A stretch of DNA of 64,000 bases from NCBI RefSeq assembly GCF_964204865.1, contig NC_135262.1:9796001-9860000 (forward strand). The letters are read 5' to 3'. The DNA comes from Styela clava. Taxonomy: Eukaryota. This document shows, piece by piece, positions 26,601 to 40,700 of this stretch (the stretch's first letter is position 1; each line of letters begins with the position of its first letter). The position numbers and the translations under genes are program-made. Below the pieces are notes generated by a model. It was not told where the DNA came from. It was given only the letters and a program-made list of their open reading frames with translations, and did no database searches.

Positions 26601-28759
26601 CATTATTAATCTGTATGCGGTTGTGTGTCAAGTGATGCAAACTTTCAGTGAAGAAAAACATTAACCTCGCTCATCAATTAACCGAACAAGCACGAAACGG
26701 TTTTGCGCGTGCTTTCAAATATGTGACCCATGATAGGAAACGGTTGAACGTGCGACCAAACTATATTTCCTAAAATATTCATTGTTTTTGTTTGTCGTTT
26801 GTTGCAGCGGCTCTTGTATTCAAGGAACGGCAATTAACCCATGTGACCCATTCATGGTTCGCTGGTAACCACGAAATCGAAATGAAACACACGCAAAATA
26901 TGAACCATGTCCCACAATACGTGAACCGAACATAAATAGAGTATAATACTCCTTTCACAAAAAATATGAAGTCAGTTTATAGTACACAAATATGAATAAC
27001 GAAATCGACATAAAACGACGAAAATATCCAGAGCAAAATATTGCATCAATGCTATAAAAATGCCGATGAACTCACAGCATTTTTGTAAATCTTAAATTGA
27101 TCACGTACAAAAGTTTGCATTTTAGTTTATTTTAAGTCGTGAATCATTCTACTGGTAATGCACACAAAATATATTGTTTTGGCTCTCAAGTTTAAACCGG
27201 ATGAGCGATCGAGTCACTAGCAATGGCATTGGATTTTATTTTACTTCAAGCTAATGAGTTACTTTGTATTGAAACTTATAGTCGGCCGTGCTATTGTAAG
27301 AGTACATGCAATATATATATAAATAAAATCATGGAATGGGAAGTTTAAAAAATTTGTAAAGTAAAATATTGTTTGCTTTCCAATATGCATCTACAGGCAA
27401 TTAAGTTTAGGCTATTGATTGGACAAGTGCAGATCACATTCTGTGACGTTATTTCTAGACTAATGCAAATATTTTTACAGCCCAATATATAATTGTATGG
27501 CTGGCCTTTACTCGGGTTTCAGTCAGTAATAGGAATAATAAACAACAATAAAGCCTTTATATATATAACTTTTGACCTTGGTGCAAAATAACGAAAGTAA
27601 TTTTACGTTTACTTGTCTTACGAGTCTGGTTGAATTTAACAATTTACACCTAGAAAAAATTCGGAGCCTATATGAAAAAGTACGGGGCTCACTGCAGCCA
27701 CATGGGTAACTGTGGCCTAAGGTCGCCTTGTATTTCAAAAGTTGTACTATATGCGAACGGTAATGATCATTTGAGTAAAGCTCGACCATGTGTGTTTTTG
27801 TAACCTTAATATTATGACGGAACAATCTACAAAGATGGGCTCTAAAACAGGTTGCAACACCCAAGGTACTTTGAAAACGGGACGTCCTCAATCACCCCCG
27901 AGACCGATGTTGTGCTGTTGTTTTACGTTGTATATTGAGTGGAACGTACGGTTAGACATGACATAATTGATATTGAGATCCCTCGGGATAGTTTTCTCGA
28001 CGTATGAAATGCGCCGTCAGGAAACGGGTAGGCCTACTACTTCTATCGGATAGCCTAGGTATAATAAAGGTTTACGATGAATACCAAGCTGTGCACAAAT
28101 ACTTTTTGAGCATATTCATGACTGAACAGCTATCTCAATTGAGTTATCCTGAACTGTATTTCAAATATTCCTGTATGATTATAAGTTTAGAATTTATATT
28201 AAATAGTCATCCACTCAAACCACAGAGCCTAATATAAACTGCAGTTGCCATTACACTCGATATCTTTCTTGAAACTGGCAATATTGTTTTAAAATCTATC
28301 CCTTTTAAACTGAACCTCAGATATAATCCGACCCGACCGATAATCCTTAATTATTTTTATTTTCCGTATGAAGATTTTTCTTTTGCAACCATCAATGAAA
28401 TATAATCTGTAATTCACTCCGGAGTGCGTTGTACGACAGCATGTCATTAGGTAGCGCATGTTATCTTGGAAATTAGGCAAGTAAAATTACGAAACGGCTG
28501 ATATGTATTGAACCTATGTGTAAATTTCCAAGATAACCAATGGTTCCAATGGTTTTTTTCACCATATAAGGCAAATTGAGTTATTGGTGTACCTGTGGCT
28601 GAGTTCCCTTGGGGTCTCTCCGCGCGGGTTTTCATAATTGTCAACAGGGATTATGGCGTTACGAAAGGAGCTAGCTAGATATCGTACTTCAAGTCGTCAA
28701 TCTAATATAGTAAAATGGCCTGTAACTAGAAAAACACCTAAAAACCGCATGCTTTAAAT

Positions 28760-30155
28760 TAGGAGTGTGCAAAATGCGGCCCGCGAGGGAAAATTATGCG
28801 GCCCGCGGAGAAGTGCCAATTTTGAATGTTGTGCGGCCATCTAAACTAGATTTTAATTTAGTTTGATCTGGTTCCTTTTGCGTATTCGAGCTTATATTCG
28901 AGTCTAATTTATTTTCTATGCCGGGGTGCACAACCTTTTTGCTATTAGCGGCCACATTGCATTTATTTGTATTCAATACGGCCGAAGGGGCGTTGATGAG
29001 CGCGTCAAAGGCGCGCGAATTTTTTATTTAGATTTCATGACGTCATAATCGCGTATTTGACCCATGCGAGGTGCAGTCTGCCCAATTATAAAGTATGTAG
29101 GACTACTTGAAAGTATAATATTCTAACTTTAATAGGATTTTTTTTTGGTGAACCTATTCTTGAGCAGATATATTGCAGCAAGTTGCATAATGGTTGCACA
29201 ATTTTGAAAAAAAAATCGAAAGTCGGGGAGGGGGATAGGGGCGGTCGCTCTCATTTTCTTGTCCCCAAAAGTATAATAAAATGTCAACTATTTTAATGAA
29301 TTTATCCTATAAAAGTTTGCAAAGCATCGAAGCAATTTAATGACTCCCTTGGTCTTGCATGTGGGCAAAGTCAGGTAACTGGCTGGATACCATCAGCCTT
29401 AGTTCAGACTCCAGATTGACGTCTAACAATCTGATTCGGTACTCATTCTTCAGGTACGTCATTCTTGAAAACGTTGCTTCGCACGTGTACGTGCTTCCAA
29501 AAAGAACGAGAGTTTTCTTGTCAATTCTTGTAGCACTGGATATTTAACTGCGCCTTTCCATGTGTCCAGCAGATTTTCCTCGTCTTTAAATTTCTGCACA
29601 AGCTGTTCATCATTCTTTTTGTACCAGCAAAGCCGCCAAATCCTATATTTCGAATTTATTTTTTGTTCTTAAGATTTCATATGTGGACGGCCCCATTATT
29701 TTGTCACGAAAGCCGCATGCGGCCGTACGGCCGAAGGTTTAGCACCGTTGATCTATGCCTATGACGTTACAACGTCCTAACAGCGAAGCGAACAACGCGG
29801 TTCACAAAGCTGTCACTGGCCGAGCAGCGAACAATTAAAAGGAAAATGTGGAGCAGGCGCTAATTAAATTGTAAGAAGGGGCAAATGAATATTAGGCAAC
29901 TGGAAAGCAGCTTGAAAAAACTTAATATCAAGAGATACAAAAGCTAAATGAGTTTTGGTTTCAGCCTATCTGTTGATTAACGCAAAATTTCTGCGATTTC
30001 TGCAAGGACCCCTAATGCTGATGACATGAGATCAATAACAAAAAGACACTATTTTGTGCCTGCAACTAATAGAAAGCCTATGTTAAATGAAGGTGCGGCC
30101 CGCGGTTTTATTGATATTTGGCCTGCCTGCAAAAAAGGTTGGTTGCACACCCCTG
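28760..30155. mobile_element. Non-autonomous hAT element (outer)
   Basis: TIR TAGGAGTGTGCAA / TTGCACACCCCTG; perfect TSD CTTTAAAT (28752-28759, 30156-30163); GCGGCCCGCG subterminal repeats. Confidence 0.85.
28922..29750. mobile_element. Non-autonomous hAT element nested in the previous one
   Basis: Degenerate TIR CGGGGTGCACAACC / GGTTTAGCACCGTTG; TSD TTCTATGC / ATCTATGC; GCGGCC motifs at both ends. Confidence 0.65.
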
Positions 30156-30967
30156 CTTTAAATCAGTTATGTTCAAGTTCTTTTTGTTCTATATGAGACA
30201 AATGCTTTGTAATATTCATGTGGTACCAATTAGTGAATTCCACAATGGATTATTCAAATATTATTCAAAATTATTCAAATTCTTCTGATCGCTATGTATG
30301 TTTTACCTTTATCCGATTGATTCTATCGTCAACCTCAAAAATCGATTGGTCGATATTGAAGAAAAATCCTTACTAAGTGCTGAAGCTAGGTTTTTTTAAT
30401 ACAATTAAAGGTACTTCAGCGTTAGCAAAGGTGTTTTAAAGCTTGCTGATTAAAACATGAGAGGATTATATGACGTCAAAGCGTAGGTGGTTACGTGGGG
30501 AAGATGCTACAGTATTAAGATAATTCATTTTTCTTGTTTGCAGCATGAGTTTACTGCAATAATGTTGTCCTTCGCGCGTGACCCTTATACCGCAATAGAG
30601 ATTAACCGCAATTTCGATAATTGGATGACTGGATTCTGGATTTTCTCAAGTTGTTAAAATATACGGCGCACCATTACTAACCACATTGAATAATTCAGTA
30701 TATATAATTGTTTTGCGATATAATTAGCGTGTTCGAACAAAATCACTATTTTGTTTTGAAATCATTTAAGCTGCTGCCAATAAAACGCAATAACAATTTA
30801 TGCTTTCTACGTTGATCTAATGTACAATATATCTCTTTAGCGTTATCGACAGAAATTATACTATTTAACAGTCAAAAATACTCTGTGATTTGAGGATGTC
30901 AGTATTGACTGTGTCGAAAAATGATCGGCAAAAGATTAACGAGAATATCGTTCAGAGACCGTATGAC

Positions 30968-33152
30968 CAGTGATTCTCAAACTAGGGTTTGAGAGCCGCA
31001 TGCGGCTCTCAACAACCTTTCCTGCGGCTCCCATTAATGTTTTAAAAATTAATTATTTTCAAAGGAAATTTTTCATTGAAAACTAATCATTGACTCGAAA
31101 TTAAAATGCTGAAGTCTATTAATTAGTCGAATGGATTCCCCCGTGTTTATTTGCGTAGCGTTGACTAACCTATAAGATGCAATAGTGACGCAACAGTGAG
31201 CGTTTTCGCGGCCAATCGGACACTTTTCACTTGAAAAGATTTTTAGACATGGCTGTAATCATTGGCTTGCATTCGTGGATTTTCAGTTTTTGTCGCATTT
31301 TCAGATCTTATGTATAAATCAAATAACTCGATGATTATTTTAATTTCTATAGCATTTTAATTTTGTTCCAGTAATCGAAAATAGTCTCGAAAAATGTGGC
31401 GATCATCTCAAGCAGCTACTGCACCGTACAACCTCAACGATTACGACCCGCTTTGAAAACTTATCAGAAATCAAAGCCTAAATAAATACCTGTTCGGCTA
31501 GGGTGGGCAAAATGGAATTTTTTTCGAATCGAATAATTTGAATATTTTTTTATACATAACAGGGATCCAGAACTTCGGAGGTCGATACTCCATTTGGAAT
31601 TAATAGAAACATTAAAAAGTCGGCAATAAAGCGTTTTTTAATGGGTAATTTTATCATAATTGCTGATTGTTTTTGTCATCGCGATCGTTTTGGCGGCGAT
31701 ATCCTAAAGTTGGTATTCTATATTTCCGCCCTTTCTCGTTTTTTGCAAGAATAAGCGGTCGCCGAATATCAAAATTTCATATTTCTAGTATACCCTTGCG
31801 TTCACATCAGCGACATCTGTTGAATACATTTAAGGACTAATTTTAGAACCAAATTAATTCTATTCTGAGTTTTATCCTCTGCCTTGGATTCGATCTTCCT
31901 TATCACCGCTTGTAAATTAACCGTGCATGTTTAAAGTGAACGGTAACCGAGATGCAGATATTTATTATAATGATATTTGAGTTTCTCATGCTTTTCTATG
32001 GTGTCCGTGTTATTTTAGTATTAGATAGATAAACCTAGCAAATTTACGATTGCGTGAATCCTGCATGTTGATTTAAAATAACGATTAAATAAATTGGCAA
32101 TAAAGGCATTTCTAGGCCTTTGTGCCTAATAGAGGGTCAGACTCTAATTATACCTAATTCCTTCAAGTTTTATCGTTTTTTTTTCAACAAAACAACACCC
32201 CGATGGTTATTATAGCTAAAATACTTACTGGGTAATGCTCAATTTTCTTTACGGAATTTGCAAATTCAGCACTTCGCTTAATGATTTCGATTATGTCATG
32301 CCTTGAGGCTTAATTATTACTGCCCAAATGCTTCAAAATTTAACAATTGTAATCATTTTCGATGATAATAGACGCAACAATTCGTGAACGAGTCAGTGCT
32401 TTAAAGGGAGTAGGACATGACATTTCTTATCCGGTTACAACTTAATCAGTGTTTTCCATACAAGTAACTCATACCAGCTTTTGGAAAAACTTTTGGTCAT
32501 TTTTAAATCCATGCTATTTACATAACTAGAGTGTTTTAACGACCTAAAATTGCCTTTTTCACAATGAAACGCCTAAAAGTCATTTTAACATTTAATTTTA
32601 AGCAAGTTTATGTTCGGTAATGCAAGAAATGGCTAATGACATGCCACCAAGCATGTCGAGTGTAAATCTGGGAAATTTATTTTAAATACCTAATCTGGTT
32701 TGACGTTTCTAAATTTACGGAACGGTCGGTACGTTTTTTTTTTTGCAAAATGATGAATTTAAAGGATACGTTAGGTGCAAAAATAAGCATATAACACCAT
32801 AACGCAAAGACGACTTTTCAAATTTTTCAATTTTTTTCTGATAGCGAGCGCCTTTGGGAAATCTCGCACAATTCACGATTGAGTTGGAGACGCTCGAGTT
32901 CGGTGTCCAAGCAGAGCGGCGCAGGTCACGTGGTACCGGATATCCGAATCGTAAAATGCCATTCGAATATTTTATTATTCGAAAATTTTGCCCAGCCCTA
33001 GTTGTTACGTGTGTTGTTGTTACGGTGACTTAGTATTTTAATTACGCGCTGAAGGTTTGTTGCTATTTTACCTTGCGTTGTTTGTGTGCGGCTCTTCATA
33101 CCTTTGAGGTTTGAAATGCGGCTGTGGGACTAAAAAAGTTTGAGAACCACTG
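30968..33152. mobile_element. Non-autonomous hAT element (outer)
   Basis: TIR CAGTGATTCTCAAACT / AGTTTGAGAACCACTG; TSD CCGTA(T)GAC / CCGTAGAC; TGCGGCTC subterminal repeats. Confidence 0.85.
31499..33000. mobile_element. Nested TIR element (Ac-type hAT ends TAGGG)
   Basis: TAGGGTGGGCAAAAT / ATTTTGCCCAGCCCTA with clustered TTCGAA/CGAAT subterminal motifs; no clear TSD. Confidence 0.7.
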
Positions 33153-33168
33153 CCGTAGACCGTAGTTA

Positions 33169-33406
33169 TCGATCGAAAGTTAGGGGATCCCCCCAAACAG
33201 CGCTCTTACTCCATAGTGACACCTTGTGTCCCATCACTAATTCGCTAATTATATCCAAAATCAATAGGCTTCTGGTACGACATATGATGAATGCACATGC
33301 AAAATCTGGAGCAGATTCAATCTCGCTTTTGTGAGATATCGCGTGCATCTAACAGACAGACAAATACCTATGAACATACTTACTGATTAAAATCAATAAG
33401 TAATAA
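33169..33406. mobile_element. Helentron/DINE-1-like non-autonomous element, family 1, copy 2
   Basis: Homologous to 15965-16233; terminal hairpin TACTTACTGATT-AA-AATCAATAAGTA (11/12 pairing). Confidence 0.65.
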
Positions 33407-34759
33407 AACCATATCTACCTGGATCGTTGCAATCGCCATGGTAGCACAATGTCCAGAGGTCTGGAGAAGATCATTCACAATAAAATTTGTTGAATATTTT
33501 TGTTAAAAATAGTGGGGGACTCTCGAATTTTTGTTGTTGCTGCTGAATTTCTGGAGACAGCAATGAAACAGATAAGTATCTGTTGGTAGTAAGGTACGTG
33601 ACGTGACACATCTACATGTAGCTTTATAGGCATCTCAACGAAGTTCCAGAGTGTGCCTTTATCCACGCTACGCTAATCATTGAAATTTTCAATTTAAACT
33701 TCTTAGGGCTTGCTCAATCAATTTTGATCCCATTTTCCCGTGCAGTTGCCTAGTCGTGTAATATATTGCTGTTTCATTATATGAAATTTTACATTAGATT
33801 TGGCAACAACACTATTATGCATTTAACGCTCTCGGTTGAAAACTTCACACTCACGTGGAAATGAATGGCAATACCCAAAGATGAATAATCACGAATAAAG
33901 AAAACTTGATGACTAAAAACAAGGTTGGGCCCCAAAACGCCGGACTATAATATATATTTATCTGGTATTATTTATTGAATTAATTAACCAGTGAAAAACC
34001 AGTCAAAGATGAAATTATTCAAGTTCTCCTGATCGCTATATATTTATATATATACCTTCATCGCATTACTTCTATCGCCACCTTAAGAATCGATTGGACG
34101 ATATTGGAGCAACATCCTTGCTACGCGCAGGAATACATACATACTAAATATAGATTTTAGAGCAAACAACGTTAGTGGTCAATAGCTAGGTGTTAAGCTG
34201 ACTGATTAAAACATGAGAGGTGGGGATTATATATATATATGTTTGTCAAAGCTACGGTAGTTTCCTGAAGACGATTCTACAACATGTTGGTTCATGTTTT
34301 TGTTTACTACCTGGATTGGATTGAAACACATTATCATATCAGTCTGACAACATTCAAATAGATGAAGAAACTGAATGCATGCATCAATTACTGGCTTATT
34401 TCTCCTGCACTTTACCATTATGAAATTATTGAAACTTATTGTTTCAGTATAATTGTTTCGCGATATAATTAGCGTGCTCAAAACAGTTTCTACAAACAGG
34501 ATCTTCGGAATCAATATTTTGTTTTTAAATCTTTTAAGTTGCTGCCAATAGCAGAAATTGGCAACTGTACGAGGAACCGATCGAAATGATACCAAAACTC
34601 CATTAAAATAAATATCGTAACGTTTAGGAAATTCAGAAGGGCATTTAAATCAGGACTGAAGTTCTTATGAGAAGAATGCATAGTTTCGGTGGTGATAGTT
34701 ACAGGAGTAATGGCGGGTTCACAGTTGATTACCGAGACGTTGCTATTCGCTTGTTTGTT

Positions 34760-35373
34760 TGTTTTTGGACACGTTTAGTGGCCATGACGATAGTTTCAAA
34801 ATTTTGTTGTTATTGTTATTCGTCTCCGTCTCCATTTTTAAAAAATTGCTTTTCTCTTCGAATACTGGACCAATTGCTTTGAAATTTTCAGTGGTTAAAG
34901 ATTAATTTTTTCGCTAGAAGGCTATTACTTTTATTTATTTCAAAATTTTGCGTGAATTCTATGAAATTTGATATTTCGTCTAAAATTTTGCTGTATTATT
35001 TTTTATCCATGGGAACACGGATTTTAATCAGTGTCATGACTGGCTGTACGTTTTGATTCTGCAAAATTCTTGCTACTGGAAATTCAGAACTTTTTTGAGG
35101 GTACCGGTAGCGTCAAAGGTGTCGGTAAGGACTGATTCGCTCTGGTCTAACGTGTCCATATATTTGTGCGTAGCTCTCTTGTTGTTATTTGTCTCCATCA
35201 TTTTTAAAAAATCGCTTTTCTCTTCAAATACTGGACCAATTGCTTTGAAATTTTCAGTGGTTGAAGATAATTTTTTTCCCCAGAAGGCTATTACTTTTTT
35301 CGCTATGACGTTATCAAAATTATTGCCATTGGGTGGCGCTAAGTGTCCATATATTTGAGCATAGCTCACTTGT
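34760..35373 (+). mobile_element. Helentron-like non-autonomous element, family 2 (duplicated core, two 3' ends)
   Basis: Subterminal inverted motif TGGACACG (34766) / CGTGTCCA (35151); terminal GAGCATAGCTC hairpin followed by CTTGTT; a ~100-bp core (AATACTGGACCAATTGCTTTGAAATTTTCAGTGG) occurs twice; reverse-complement homolog at 44933-46293. Confidence 0.7.
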
Positions 35374-37783
35374 TTGTATTCAAATGTCGCTTCCAGAAAT
35401 GAAAAACGGTTATGAATGTGCCATACTGCGTAGAAAGATTGTAGAACTGTGTAGAGTTTTGTTATAAAATTCGTCTGAAAAACTGAAATTATAAGGATGT
35501 AAATATAGCTAAATGTCAAATAAGAAGGGCGGGACAGATGGGTTGGGGGACAGAGTCTGAATACGAAAACAGAGGCCAGACACTGTCAAAGAGAGAAACA
35601 GTAACTCGGCAGCCGAAGTTCATCCACGATTTGGAAATACGCTCACGTTGGCGCTGTGAGCTGAGAGAATTGGAAAGGTCGGTCGCTGAAGCGGGCCAGT
35701 ATGGCTAACACAATTCATAAAAGTTAACGTTAATGTTAGGTTGTTTTGCTGAATGACCGTGACAACCTGGGAACGATTTAGAACCAATCCTAGACTACCA
35801 GTTGCAAGCTATATCAGCTTTAGGAAGACGAAACAAGTGCACATTCAATGTCATTCTCGTAGTGCCATGAAGGGATGCAACAATGTTAAGCACGGACGCC
35901 GTAGTTGCAGCGTGAAAGCCAGGCGAGGACAATAGCAAGCGTGCAATGGAACCCGCCAAGCGATATAACGCTTAAGTCCAACAATGAACAGTGATTTTGA
36001 ACCGGTGTTCCGCGAAACGCGATCCACTGATGTTCCGAGAAAGACCTGCAGCTGCAGGTGTTCCGCTTCAAATTGTTGTTTCACTTCTTTCTGATTGTCA
36101 AATTTTATGATATAAAATATTACATTATGAAGAATCAAAGATCACGTATTTGATTTCGAGATGAGTCTGTGGCGTGATAATTAGAATCAACTGCGCGAAC
36201 CCTGAAATCCTGGAAATCTTGCCAAAACTGACAGAGATAAGAATTGAGATGATCCGAAGAATCCGAAATTTTCATTTGATGTTTCACAAAAAGATACATA
36301 TGGTTTAAAAAAAAGTCTGCGATTTGAAAAAGACTGTAAATCACTACTCTGGGTGTCAATACGATGGTAAAGGCTCTGCCAACAGTAGCCCAGTTTGTCA
36401 CTTTTCTTTGCTTTCGTCGAATCGCCAGAAAACAAAAACTTCAAGAAACATAAGTGTAATCAATTAAGCCAACTGTTTTATACAAGCTATAAGATGCCAT
36501 ACCTGAATCGAGTACTCCGTAGTCACCTTGTAAATAACTTTTAATTTCGATTCCCAACAGATGAGATAGAAACTATATATCGGTCAAACCAGTGGAAACC
36601 ACGTGAAAAGTTTACATGAATAAGGCCCTCGCTTCCAAGAGGCATAGTAAGGAAAGACTATTTAATATTTTTGTATTTCAGTGGTTGATTTTATCAGCGC
36701 AAATGTTTTTCACGCTACATCTAAAACAGCTATATATTTTGACTCATTTCATAAACTATTCCACACCGTCAATCATCCGCTCAATTTATTGCTCGGAGCG
36801 AGGCCTCGGGATTTATCAGAAAAATCCACGAGAGCTTTGTTGTGAAACATTACCATAAGTATTATCAGTTCTGAGTAAAGTAGCTGAGCTTTTAATCTGA
36901 TTTTGAAATCATTGTAGCGTATTGGAAGCAAAAATAGAGTGACAGTTAACTTTCTAACCAACGGAGAATGCAGGTTTGTGATTCACTTCTTTCAAATTAG
37001 GTTCGATAGCATACCTTAACTTCGACTAATTAGGACTAAAGCGAAAAAATAGTCACATAACTGAAGTCATGTGATCCTATAGATTTACTATATTCTGGAA
37101 AATACCTTGTTCTGTAAAGATAATCGATATTTCTCGGAAAATATAGTCGAACTAGTAAATGTTTTATCCCCAAGAAAATATGAATTGTCTGAAATTTAAT
37201 TAGGTATTTATTACAAAAATAATCCCATATTTAAGCATAATGGTCTCAGGATTAAGCATGCTGGCCACGCTAATGAAACACTCAAAGGTCTGCATGTGTT
37301 GCGAAGCCACACAACAGGCTCCATAGCTTGATGAGACATTTAAAGAACTAAATTATCCAACAGAATTACCCATATTGTACATATATAAATAATTAAAAAG
37401 CAACAAAACGACATCTAGACTCATTATCAGTCAGACCACAATCAGATGGTGCTAAAGCGATAGTCACGTGGGCCGGGGTGTTCGGAGTCAATTACCAAAA
37501 GTTAAATCTACTTCATTAGAAATTCATCAAGTCAAAATTAAGGCTCAGTCTTTGAAAACTCTCGAAGGCCTAGCATAATATACACAAGCAAAACAAGAAA
37601 AAAGAACAAAATCCGGTTCTATCACACTATATAGTATATATGAATATACTGTATCTGTGCAAGATAAAGAGTAAAAAGTGCACAAAATATATGCATACCG
37701 GTAAATAAAAACACTAATATCATCTCAGTCTTGGTAAAATTTTTTATTTCAATGGCATTAAAGCAGCAGTAGCCTATTTAGCA

Positions 37784-40700
37784 ATGAGAACAACAATTAT
37801 TATCATTTTTTCTTGGATAACCACACCCCTGTGTCAAGGTGAAACTCTGCTTCACTGTTCACCAAAACCGGGTTGTCAGATTGCTCAATGCGACATAGCA
37901 GCAGAATGGATGCAAGATGTCAATTTGGGAGAATATCTCAACAATAATGAGTATCCTCTCACATGTAAATGGAAGAGTGGCGGAAAACCACACAGCGACG
38001 AAAATTTGCTAAACATAATGTACGAAAACGCAAAAAGTATGTTAGTTTGAATAAAATGACATTGTTCAACTATCAATGTCAATTAATTTTAACGTTATGT
38101 TAAATTACAGATATTGAAAAAGTGAAATCAGAACTGAAAAACTCAGAAAGAAAGTTTGTTAAAACTACAGAACACGAGAAAGGTGAATTCACAAATTTTT
38201 AAGCAAGGCAAATGGTTTGAAGCAAACCAACAAACTTAATGAACGCAAAGATAATATATATATATGTTATTTTATGTGTTAATTACTATCTGCCTGAATA
38301 TTGCTCGGCATCAATTTCCCGATTTGGGTATGGTGCCGAAGATACATCAAAATTATAATGAAAACAGCTGATGATTCAATGTGTACCGTAGTACTTAGTT
38401 TTGATATATATATTATACTCTACTAAGTTCTTACTTATCTGACTGTTTTAAACATTGTACAAATGAATATATCGAACGCCGAATGTTAGAAATCAAATAT
38501 TATATAAACTGGTTGCTTGGAACTATTTGGTCTTGTTTCTTAATTTTAATGTTACACTCTTCCCTGCTATTTTCTTCATTTCAAAAATATTTTTTATATT
38601 TAAATATATATATATAAAATAGAGCTGCAGGCATTACGAGAGAAGAATCAAGAGCAAGATGCTCAAATAAAAGTCTTACGTGCAGGTAATAGTTTCATTT
38701 TTTAATATAAAAGTTACGATGGATCGATCACCTTAATATCGCCTCACTTACCATTGGATAGCATTATCGACAACAGTGCGATAATATTTCATAAAAAGCT
38801 ATATATTTGTAATAAAGTGGACTGGTGTTATCCAATATCAATCGATGTATAAATACTAGGGATGGGACAAGATTCGGATCCGGACTCGGATTCGAGTCGA
38901 ATCCATGCATTTTTGCGACTCGGATTCGATTTCGAGTCCACGCCATTTTTACCGAGTCCCTATTCAATTTTGTTTTACATAATTGACGCCTCCATTATGC
39001 GATTTTAACGTTATAAAAGTCAGTATAAGCAATATTTTTACAAAATAATGTGATTCGTCACGTGAGAGATCTCTGAAAACATACGCACATATTGTATCAC
39101 AGGAGCTTATCAGACATTTCAGTCATTTCGTCGCTAGTGACCATATCCCAATAAAAACATCAAGGCTACTTTTGGTGCGCGAACCAATAAATTACTCTTC
39201 GTAAACAAAACAGATAGGAGAGCATCCCCAAGGAAAAATTTATTAACACGTTTTAATTACAGTTTATTGCATGCAATTTGCTTCTTGAAAAATAAGAAAG
39301 CAAGAAAAATTTGCTAAAAGCAACGAAATTATGTGTGCTACTTGCGAAATAACAGTTTTATAGCTAATAGCATCTGAAATCATGCAAGCGTATTGTAGTC
39401 AAAATTGAGTTTCTTTAGATTGACATGCAAGAATGTTAAAATTTTCGACGTTTTTTGGTTTCAGACGGTTACGTAACAGCGACGTTACAACGCCAGCTGT
39501 GCTAAAAAGACGCTCAGAATTGACGGAAGTAGGCGGGCATGAAAGCAAGCTTACGGCTAGAGCGAACATCGCCTGGCATTCATTTCTGTATTGTGGCCAA
39601 AAAACAAGTGGAGACTTGTGCCTTTTAAGAGTAGGTGCAGCAAGATATTGCCTGACAGCAGTTACAATATCAGCATTCATATCCACCTGTTCCCTGACAA
39701 GACCCGCGTTCTCAGGTGCACCGAAGACCACACTATCTTCGGCCTCTTCTGATGATGATGATTGATATAATTCAGTCCCTTCGTAGAGTTCAACACTATC
39801 CGTGGCAAACTTCTTCACTTCAGTAACAAGCAGCCGTTCGATTTCTTGCCGATTGATAGTTGAGCACCATGACAACTTTAATCTTGGATCAAGTATTGTA
39901 GCCAATAAACAACGGTTATATGAGGCCTGGTTCTGAAAGTATGCGTCTCGGGGCTGAGGTCCATTTCCAGGAACGCTAAATCTCCGTTCTATACCACTTT
40001 TGAGGCTATTCAGAAAATTGTCGAGTCCATAAATATCGCTGTCACCAATGAATGCTTCCAATCTTTTCAACAAATTCTCTTTTACTGGTAGAATGCTTGC
40101 TATTGTCGCCTCCTCAGTACAAACTTCCTTGGTCGCTATGTCAAATAACTTCAAAACTCGAATTAAAGATGAAGCCATTCTCCACTGGTTAGGTGACAGA
40201 GTATTACCAATTCCCCTGAAGGGCATATCATTAATAACTTCTCTCTGTTCCACCATTCGCTGCAGCGCGTAGTATGTAGAGTTCCATCTGGTACTCACGT
40301 CTTGTTGCAATTTATGTTCTGGTGCATTCAGCCTTTTCTGACATTCCCTGAGAGCACGAGCGTCGCGAGATGAGCGGTTATAGTGGGCAATTATAGAACG
40401 GGCATCAGCCACGATATCTTTCACATCAATGTTTGATCTGATAGCGTCGTGAACGATCAAGTTCAAAGTGTGTGCCATACATCGGATATTAAAAATCTCC
40501 CCGTCCTTTAATGCCTTTATCACATTCGAGGCATTGTCGGATGTTATTGTAGCAAACGATACGCCCCACTCACTTTCTTGTCTTCGTATTTCTGACAGCA
40601 GCAATTCTGTATAAGAAGATTTGCATTTCCCACGACTAATTTTAGTTGCGCAAATGCCACATTCGGCCTCCGAACAGTCATCTTCACAAATTTTAAAATA

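Noticed and set aside
35073-35519. 148-aa ORF, similar to ORF 44902-45123, suggesting a small gene family
   Set aside because: Both are chance translations of the same non-coding Helentron-like repeat in opposite orientations.
39433-40272. Plus-strand ORFs inside the transposase, and similar antisense ORFs over NIT2, SERHL, the PA-PA gene and TM-HNH
   Set aside because: Antisense shadows of real coding sequence.
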